From Sphyrna mokarran (Eukaryota): DNA of 64,000 nucleotides. Position 1 is the stretch's first letter. Every line of letters starts with the position of its first letter. The position numbers and the translations under genes were made by a program. The stretch covers positions 9,796,001 through 9,860,000 of the forward strand of contig JAGIQG010000016.1 in NCBI GenBank assembly GCA_024679065.1. Reading direction: 5' to 3'. Positions 55,020-64,000 of this stretch are shown piece by piece. The notes under the pieces are model-generated. The model did not search any database. It saw only the letters and a program-made list of their open reading frames with translations, and was not told where the DNA came from.

Positions 55020-56590
55020 TTGTTCATATGCCCCGTACATCTTAGAAAACGTGTGAGGAAGTGAAACTTCCGGCAATGTGGATGGTTTCAAGTCCAAGTT
55101 GATAGAAGTTGAGGACCATCACACTCCTGTAAGGATGAAGGATAAGTATGGCTAGTTTTGGGGACGTTGGGTAATGAGAGATATATTGTAAACTGATCAA
55201 AGAGAAAAAGAAAGCATTTGTCAAAGCTAGGGTGCAGGAAAAACGCAAAGTTTGTGTAGAATGCAAGGAAAGTAGCAAGAAACCTAACCAAGGAATAAGA
55301 AGAGCTACAAGAGGTCATAAAAATGCATTGGCCAGCAGGATTAGGGAAAATCCCTAACCTTTTTAAACATATAAAATGGGCAAGAGGGTAGCCAGAGAGA
55401 GGGCTGGCCCATTCAAAGTCATGGGAGGGAAACTATGTGTTAAGCCAGAGGAACTGTTCGAGATAGTACATGAGCACTTTGTGTCAGTAGTCTCCAAAGG
55501 GAACGATGGAGTGCATGATGACGTTAAGGAAGGTTATGTAGATAGTTTGAGCCATGTTGAGATCAAAAAGAGGGGAATATTGTTTTATTTTTGAGAAACA
55601 TTAGTGTAAACAAGTTTCCAGGCCTGATGGTACAGATCCAGAATACTGAGAGATGGAAGAGAAGAAATTGCTTTGAGAGAAATATTTGTATCGTAACTGG
55701 CTATAAAGGAGGTCCCAGAGGATCGGAGAATAGGCAGCGTTGTTCCTTTTCTTAAGAAGATATCAAGAATAATCATGATAATTAAATGCTGGTAAGCCTT
55801 ATATCAGTGGTAGAAACGAATGGTTCTTCGAGCATGATGACCTGCCCCTTCCAAATAAGTGGTCGAATTCGTGAGAGGCAACGTGCTTTCGAGAACTGGA
55901 GTCTTTTCTCACGAACTTGATCCAGTTTTTTTTTAAAGGGAGTCACGAAGATAATTGATGAGGAGAGGAAAGTGGATATTCATATGGACTTCAATAAGGC
56001 CTTTGAAAACGTCCCTCGTCACAGATTCGTACAGTAGGTGAAGTCAAATGGAATCAGAGATGATTTGGCAAAGTGGATGTAAAAGTGGCTCGGTCAAAGA
56101 AGACAGAGGATATTAATGTAAGGGTGCATTTCTGAGAGGAGGCCTGTGATAAATGGTATTCCGCAGGGATCAGTGCTGCAACCTTTACTTCTTGTAATAT
56201 ATGATTTGGAAGACAAAACAAGGTTTCCTGGTTGGCAGTTAGTGGTGAGGACCATCAGAGGATACAGCATGATGAGATCAGTTGGAGACTTGGGCAGAGA
56301 GGTAGCAGATGGAGTTTAATCCAGATAAATGTCAGGTAATGCATTTGTGAAGGTCTAATACGGATAGGACATTAACAGTCAATGGTAGTCCCCTTAAGAG
56401 CATTGATAGGAAAAGTGATCTGGCTGTACAGATACAGAGGTCACTGAAAGTGGCAAAACAAGTGGAGAAATTAGTCAAGAAAGCATGCAGCATGCTTGTC
56501 TTCATCGGCTGAACGCTGAGTTTAAACATTAACAAGCTTTGTAGGATCTTAGTGAGGCCGCATATGGGATAAAGTGTTTAATTCTGCCCT
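55020..56590 (+). mobile_element. Old CR1 LINE ORF2 fragment (copy 3)
   Basis: LASRIRENP, HMDFNKAFENVP and GIPQGSVL motifs. Confidence 0.9.
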
Positions 56591-56819
56591 ATTGATAATA
56601 ACACATCGGAACAGCAAACTAAACTTTTTGCAATTGGAGCCGGGCATAGTATCTCAGTTTAAAGACAGTACCACGAGTCAGCAAGACGTTTCAAATCGAC
56701 GTACAGTCAACACACACATTCAGCATGGAATGAAAACTTTGGCCAGCCTCCCTTGTGCTAACCAGGACTCCTAAATTGAAGTAATTCCATTTGCCTGCAA
56801 TGCATTCATGTGACTATCT

Positions 56820-59750
56820 AAATGTACTGCAAATGCACAGTTTTACACACCTCTACCATCTCCTGTGGAAACTGTATCGTTCTGTGTGCCACCAGTTATT
56901 CTAGAAATATGCATCAAGCCCCTTTTAAAGATACAGATCAAGAGGCTTTAAAATCTTCGATATGTAATCCCCCAAACATGGAAAAATATGTCGCTGCCTC
57001 CTCAGTCGATTTGTGCCCACCATGATTTCATGAACGCACATATAATTACCCTTCATTCCCTAAGCTCCAAAAGCAAAGGCACCATATTCTACTACCTTCG
57101 TCAAAAATTCAACCTTCTGGACCGTCTCCAACACAATATCATCATTCCCATAGCAGAACGACGATTATTTTTCAAGATATTCCAAATGTGGCCGCACCAA
57201 CTTCTTGTACATTTCAAACATGACCAACTCCTGGATGCAATGTTCTGACCCGTGGAGCAAGTGTTCAAACACACGATTCACACCCAGGCTGCTAATGCAT
57301 TAAATCGCTTTCAAGGAACGATGTATCTGCACTGCTGGGTCTCTGCGTTCCACAACATTCTTGAGGGTAAAAACAATGAAACTGTCAGGATTGCCCTGAT
57401 GTGCCTTCCCTAAGTGCAGCTATCCACTTTTTGTTCGGAATTAATCTCCAACTTTCATACTTGTTCCACCAAAATAATTGATCAAAATCCAGCTGCGGTC
57501 TTAGGTAAGCTGTGTCACCGTTCACTTCAACATAAAATTTAATATCAAACCGAATCTCACTTAGATTTCCCCCGTCTTGTCATTTGAATTAGTTATACAA
57601 ATGAGATACCACAGTGAAGCAGTATTTCTCCCTGTGGACCATGCTAACAATAAGTCTGCAGTCCGTAAAAAAAAGAAACGTGATCCGTCACCCTATGCAT
57701 GCTTTCCGCAAGTCAATTTTGCAACCTACTGGTTTGCTATCTGTGAATCCTGTGTGCTGTAATCCGACTGATCAGTCTACTATGTGAGACCTTATCGAAG
57801 GCCTTGTTAATGAAGTTAATGTTCCACCACACTGGTGAAAACAATTGCTAAATCATCTCTTCAAAACACTTTGGTAAATTTGTAGTGTACCATTTTCCAC
57901 GCCCGAAGCCATTCTGAATGTCCTCAGCCAGCACAAATGCATATACAAATACATGTAGTTCCTGTTCTTCAGAATGCCCTCCCAAAAAGCAATCACCACT
58001 GACGTCAGGCTCACAAATCAACATTTTCTTATCTTTTTCCTTGCTCTTCTGTGAACAATGCCAAAACAACCGCTTCCCTCCCATCTTCCGGCATGTCACT
58101 CGTGGTTCTAAATGATAGAAACACCACAGCGGTGGTGTGTCATATTTTTCCTCATCTTCCCGCAGTGTCCTGAAAAACTGGGCTTGTTTGAAGCTCGGGA
58201 TTTATCTACGCTGATGTATGTGATACGTCTGCGTTTATCAATTTTGTCTCGATAATGTATCTATGTTTGTGCTTGTTTTGTATTCCAGCATCTTTTTTTT
58301 TCAATAATATGCACGCTTTTACCAACACACCACTCTGCACTTCTGCAAGTTCCCTGGTTTCATATATTTTTATTTCCATGTTAAATCATGATGACAAGTA
58401 TTCACTGAGTATGTCAAGCATCTGTTGTGCCCCCACGCAATGGCGAGCTCGCAGGGATTGCTGGTTCACAGTTATTTACCTCGTAACACTTTTGCACGGC
58501 CTATGCTGGGGACTTGTTTTTGGATTTTCTTTACCGTCACTCCGAAAGCTCTCTCATGTACCATATTTGCTCTTCTGATTTCCCAGCCAAGTGTGCTACT
58601 ACACAAACAATTTAGATCAACGGATTTACTTGATCCAATAGGCCTATGGCGGCAGTTCTTATTTTTATTCACCAGATTCTTAACACTGGTTGTCATCCAG
58701 CGGTCCCCACGCTTACACGGTTCCCATTCACTCGACCCACAACTTTGCTGGCTCTGAAATGTCGATATCTCCCTTTTGAGTATCTGCAATTGCCAGATAA
58801 TCATCTATCAGTAAAAAACTCCCACAATTGAGTATTGAAAGCACATTTCTCGTCCCAAACTAATGGGCCTGGCCCAATTTAGATATCTAATCGGTGGACC
58901 AGATCTATTGTTTTATACATTTAATTACCATGATAATTATGGTCCCTGGTCACAAATTTTCACGTAATTAACACTTCCGCTGTTAGTCATGCCTTATTTC
59001 GCAAAAAGACTTGGAAATTATTCCTTCAATTAAAATTGATTGTGTTTTTTTTTCGTGAACATCCTTTGCTGTATCCTCCCCATGCAATTTCTTAAAACTA
59101 TGGAAGTCCCAGTTTCTCTTCAGCAAGATAAATCTGACTACGTTCAAAACACTGTTTTTAATGCAGTTGTCTTCGACCTCCCAGCATATTTACTCTTATT
59201 TAAAGTTTAGACGATTTTAGTTATCAGTGTCACTCGTAGATTACCCTGCACCGCTATGAAATTACTGCAAACATCCTCACTTGCCACACTAGAGCGCCTG
59301 ACTAAATTCGTCCTCAGCTTTGAATGCGGAGGAAGGGTTGTCGGGCGATTATTGGTGGAAGGTGTGGGCGTTGGTATGCAACCATCCAATCAAAGTATTG
59401 TGCCCTTTCTTATATTTGAGTTACACGCGTGTAGCCGATTTAGACGATGCCTCAGTAATCAGTTCTCTCTGTACTGCCCGTCATATTTGCCCCAATCAAC
59501 ACCGCAATTCTCCTTTCTCTCGTGACTCTCCTTCTATCTTTTCTGATAACTTATGCCCACCCGAACATGTCACTGACAGTCCCATACTCTATGAGCCAGT
59601 TTTTTAAAAAAGATGTTGTATGTCAATAATATATATTTATTCATGCTCTCAATTAGTCTGCCTTAACTGTCCGTTATTTTCCTCTGAAATAAATGCAGTT
59701 TCATTCATCAGTCTTCCCCAGTTCCTTAACAAGCTCATGCCTGTCCTGTC
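56820..59750 (-). mobile_element. Old CR1 LINE fragment (copy 3)
   Basis: Paralogue of 14500-17400. Confidence 0.8.
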
Positions 59751-60990
59751 CTTTGAAAATTTTCACTTTATGATCCAAATTATCGTCAATGTCCACTTTA
59801 TTTCACTGCTCTTCAGTTTCCACTTTCCTGGCAGACAATTTTAAAGCCTCCGAGTTAGATTTAGAAAGAAAAAACTTGCACCACAGTCGCCAATATTCAT
59901 CATAACTGTTTCGAATTCGGGTTGAAATAACCTGGAACTGCTTACAGTTGATAAAAAAAATAAAAATAAAATGAATGGTTGGAATAAAACGAAGACTGAA
60001 TACTAAGTTTTGGCTTCCAAGCCCAAAAAAATAAACTCTTCTAAATGATGTGGTCTGCAAAGCGTTAGAATGTGGCTGGTTCACTGACTAATTGAGTCAC
60101 TATACTTCTGAGGATGATCTTTTCAGGATTCGAAACCTCACAGCAGCAAAATTTCTACTTGCGTCATTGCATTCTTTTCCATCAGCAAGTGTCACAGCCA
60201 AAATATCAGTCTTTTTTTTTAAATTTGTGTCTTGATTTTTGCTGCATTGAACGGGCTTCAGATTCCTAACACATGCAGTGTAAAAACCTTTCATGTGATT
60301 GCTATGCTGATTGTTTTTTTTTCTGGTTCAATGTTACGAGAACTATCTCAGCGTCTCGCTAACTCCGTTTTTAGAGCTTAAACTCCGTATCTGAATAGAG
60401 ACATTAGTTTTTTTTTAATAAGCCGTCAGTGTGTTAGTAGAACTCCTGGAAAACAAATATTCACGTCCTTCATTTCAATGTCCAAGAGGCGATCATTTTA
60501 ACTTCTTTCCAAAGAAGTTCTTTCACAACGATTTACGTTGTGAATATGCTCCAAAATATTCCCCACTGCATATTCATAATATGGGTATGTTCATTTGGGC
60601 TTCATTATACCTTATTCACATTGTGTCATTTCCGTCATAGCGAAGTATTGATATGGTTTCTTTTTGAGCAATACAGCAGCATCATTCAGAAACCAATTCA
60701 AACTAACTTATTCGCAATAAGAAAATGGCAAAGGAATCTTGACTTAATTACTTCGTGTTTGGGTCATCCTCCATTATTTGAATACTTCATGGTGATTATT
60801 CATTTTGTGTCTTCAAGTCGCACACACATGAACTCCACGCAAATTCAATTTATCTCTGTATATTTACTTGAACATGCATTCCCAGATACCCCGGCGAATA
60901 TGAGTTTTAGTTTTCACTCATACATTTTTCAATATCTTATCAATGAAAAAATGTGCAAACTACTCATTGGATATTCTTTACAATCCTTAG

Positions 60991-61011
60991 AACTGAAAAT
61001 AGTCAAAGAAG
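60991..61011 (+). CDS. Candidate 21-nt micro-exon ((E)LKIVKE), copy 3
   Basis: ctttacaatccttag | AACTGAAAATAGTCAAAGAAG | GTAAAG. Confidence 0.5.
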
Positions 61012-62403
61012 GTAAAGAGAAAAAAAAATATCATGTCTATGTTATAAGTTACTCATTATTTATCGATTCCAGAAAGGTATTTTGTAGAAACGAATAAAAG
61101 TGTATTTATTGATTTATTGTGTCCACAAAGATCCTAATAAGATAGCCCGGCAATTGTATCACAAGTCAAATTTGCAGTCAGTCTTCATGATTGACGAAAG
61201 GCTAACCATTGTCTGTGAAAATCGACATTAATTTCAACGAGAGAACGGAAGTGTAATAAAAGGAATCATGAAAACCTCCATTTCACATTATATTGGGTAC
61301 AGCAGACAAATGGAGTTGCAGGCACATCATAATAGTCGTACGCAGCGAGGGATGCAAATTGAAAGATTTTGGAATAATATGTAATACGTAAAGGAGATAG
61401 TAGAGCTAAAATGAAAAAAAAAGTGTACTCTTCCGAAATTTTCGAATCAACAGCCGACACTAGAAACAGCCCAAGAGGAGAACTACATGCAGACGCATAC
61501 CTCAAATGAAGTGCGTGGATTCATGGACACGTTTGGGCAGACAGTAACGATATAGAAATAACACATAGCATTTATCAACAGCATAAAGAAATAGACAACC
61601 AGCATATTAAATGCACGCATATGTTGAGGAAGGTGAATAGAGAAATGCATAAGGAGTGTAAACTTGTTGCATGAGATACTATGCTCACGTGTACGAAACA
61701 CCTTTGCTAAGTGACGGTGATTTTTTTTTCTTCCGAGAAATTAAAGTTGCGAATATATGAAAGGGAAGACATTATAGCATACTTAATAGGGCATGTTGAA
61801 AGATGATAAATAAGAAATATCGTATTATTTTGCAGTATTCATCAAAGAAAGACAGAGATTAAGCAGATGGCTTCCAACATGAGATTAACCTTTCCTTAGC
61901 ATTGTTGACCTGTTGGAAAGGAAAGTGAAGATACAGAAAATGTTCATAAGACTATTGCACATCAGCATCATTTTTTTTTGATTACGAAAATAATGGAATC
62001 GGAAAAGCACAATGTCTTGACAAAGATGACTTTGAAACTTACAGATTCGTTTTGGGATGATGGAATTACCTTGCAAACACAACATTTGAAGTGCCTTCAA
62101 TAGAAGGAGAGTCAGTTGGTAAATTATTTTGTTTGATATAGAAACAGCTATATATGATTCACTGCCAACCCGAAACCGGCGATCGGACAAAAATACATGC
62201 ACATATTTGAGAAACAGGCGAAACAACCCGATATTATGAATGATTAAATTTTCATACATAAGGAGAATTGATATTGTTATCCATTCATTCGTTGATTAGT
62301 GCTGCCTTAAATGGACTCTGGGCTGTTTGGAAAACATCCTTAATCAAACTTTCACAATGTGCGTGTGTTTGTATGTGTGTGTTTTTGTGAGTGTGTGTGT
62401 GTG

Positions 62404-62441
<38 letters not shown>

Positions 62442-62634
62442 TTCCACTTGCGGTAACAGAAACTCACTTCTTGCAAGCTGTCACTTAATCCTGACACGTA
62501 AAGTTGTGCCTGTTAGATGGACTGACCATGCTAAGTAGAGCTTTGTGTCAGGGAGTCTGGAGAATGTAATTGTTTGAGATAATTTGTAAAGGGGCTGGGG
62601 AACAAATGATAACGTACAGAGAACAAAGACAATA

Positions 62635-63395
62635 GTAGCACAAGAACAGTCAGTTCGACCTTCCAAACATGCAACAACATGGTGCTGGACTTATGTAAAT
62701 CTCCCTTCCGTTTCAGGGACAATATCGCGTCATTCCCACCTGTCCAACTACTTGTCAAGACACCTCTTAAAATTCGCTATCGTGCTCCGTCCTCTACCTC
62801 CTCCATCAGCACGTTCCAGGCCCCCAATACCCTTTCTGGAAAAAAAGAAATGCCTCTGTACATTTTCTTGAAAACTTGCAACTCCCATAAAAATCCATGC
62901 CCAGAGTAATTGATTCCTCCCCCCGGGAAAACTCTTCTGTCCATTCACTATGTCCATGTCGCTCAAAATCGTATAGACCTCTTCCGATCCAATGAGAATT
63001 AACAAAGGTCCGCCAACATTTCATCATAGCTAATGCCCATCATAGCAAACGGCATCCTGATAAACCCTTTGTTTATGTAGAGTCTCCAAAGCCTCCATAT
63101 CCTTCTGATAGTGTTGCGATCAGAATTCAACATTATAATTAAAGTACGGCATACCTCAGGTGCTATTAAATTGCAGTTTAATTTGCCAGATTTGTTTTTA
63201 ACTCAATGCTCCAGCCGATGAATGGAATCATCCCGAATGCCGTCTTGCCTACTTTATCCATCTACAAGCCATTTTCAGTGACCTGTGCACCAGTATACTC
63301 AGACACATCTGCCCATTCATGATCTTAAACGTTCTGTCATTCACTGTATATTTCCCATCTGTAATAGAACTTCCAAAATGCATTACCTGTCATTT
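62635..63395 (-). mobile_element. Old CR1 LINE 3' portion (copy 4)
   Basis: Paralogue of 40255-41015. Confidence 0.85.
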
Positions 63396-64000
63396 AGAAA
63401 ATAGAACATAGAACATTACAGCGCACAACAGGCCCTTCGGCTTCGATGTTGCGCCGACCAATTATGAAAAAAGCAATGACACGCCAAACTAAACCATTCC
63501 CTTCTCTTCCATAAACTCATCAACTAACCTCTTCAACGCCACCAAACATCGCGCATCTACTACTGCTGCAGGCAGGGCATTCCACTCCCTAACCACCCTC
63601 TGGGTAAAGAACCTATCTCTGATATCCGTCCTATAACTATCACCCCTTAATTTAAAGTTGTGTCCCCTCGTGCTAGCTTTCTCCATCCTACGAAAAAGGC
63701 TATCACTGGCCACCCTATCTAAATCTCTAATCATCTTATATGTTTCGATAAGGTCTCATCTTAGCCGCCGCCTTTCTAACGAAAACAACCTCAAATCCCT
63801 CAGCATCTCCTCATAAGACCTGCGTCCATACCAGGCAACATCCTGGTAAACCTCCTCTGTACCCTCTCCAATGCCTCCACATCTTTATTATAATGTGGCG
63901 ACCAGAACTGCACACAATGCTCCAAGTGCGGCTGCAATAGAGTTTTGCACAGTTGCAACATGACGTTGCGGCTCCGAAATTCAATCCCCCTGCCAATAAA
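63396..64000 (-). mobile_element. Young CR1 LINE nested in the old CR1, copy 4 only; runs off the window
   Basis: ORF TRGHNFKLRGDSYRTDIRDRFFTQRVVREWNALP, with an agaacatagaacattacagcgc tail; same subfamily as 9065-9634. Confidence 0.95.

Larger units (their letters stand above)
40105..62484. repeat. Large tandem duplication unit, copy 3 (about 22.4 kb, most complete)
   Basis: Collinear with copies 1 and 2 and retains both large segments that are missing from one or the other. Confidence 0.97.
62485..64000. repeat. Large tandem duplication unit, start of copy 4
   Basis: Near-identical to 40105-41015 until interrupted by a young CR1 at 63396. Confidence 0.95.

Noticed and set aside
60540-61097. 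185-aa ORF
   Set aside because: Interrupted by stops in copies 1 and 2, with no recognisable domain.
1-64000. Shark Ig/IgNAR/TCR cluster, suggested by the 20-kb repeat period
   Set aside because: No Ig-domain exon was found, and the CACAGTG/CACTGTG heptamers checked (e.g. about 5325, 8090, 15286, 19744, 26320) lack spaced nonamers.
1-64000. CRISPR array, rRNA or tRNA genes, prokaryotic operons
   Set aside because: No such signatures were seen; the sequence is vertebrate-type repetitive DNA.

Overview
AT-rich eukaryotic DNA, most likely from a cartilaginous fish (inferred from the shark-type CR1/HER1 LINE tails and HE1/V-SINE-like elements). The whole window is a head-to-tail array of about 3.1 copies of a 20-22 kb unit, with equivalent positions at about 1, 20221, 40105 and 62485. 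No long intact protein-coding ORF is present, and most listed ORFs are spurious or transposon-derived. Each unit carries old CR1 LINE fragments, SINEs and microsatellites. Each also carries a heavily decayed endogenous retrovirus on the minus strand, with protease-, RT- (PQGF, YV[N]D), RNase H- and integrase-like remnants in the correct order. On the plus strand each unit has candidate 21-nt phase-1 micro-exons encoding x-Leu heptads (DLTKCQN, DLRTTDQ, ALGKCRK, ELKIVKE), reminiscent of butyrophilin/BG coiled-coil exons; no Ig, TM or B30.2 exon was found in the window. Copy-specific insertions and deletions, near-identical tracts between copies and an apparent lack of CpG depletion record the array's history. 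All calls were made by eye, and mobile-element boundaries are approximate.
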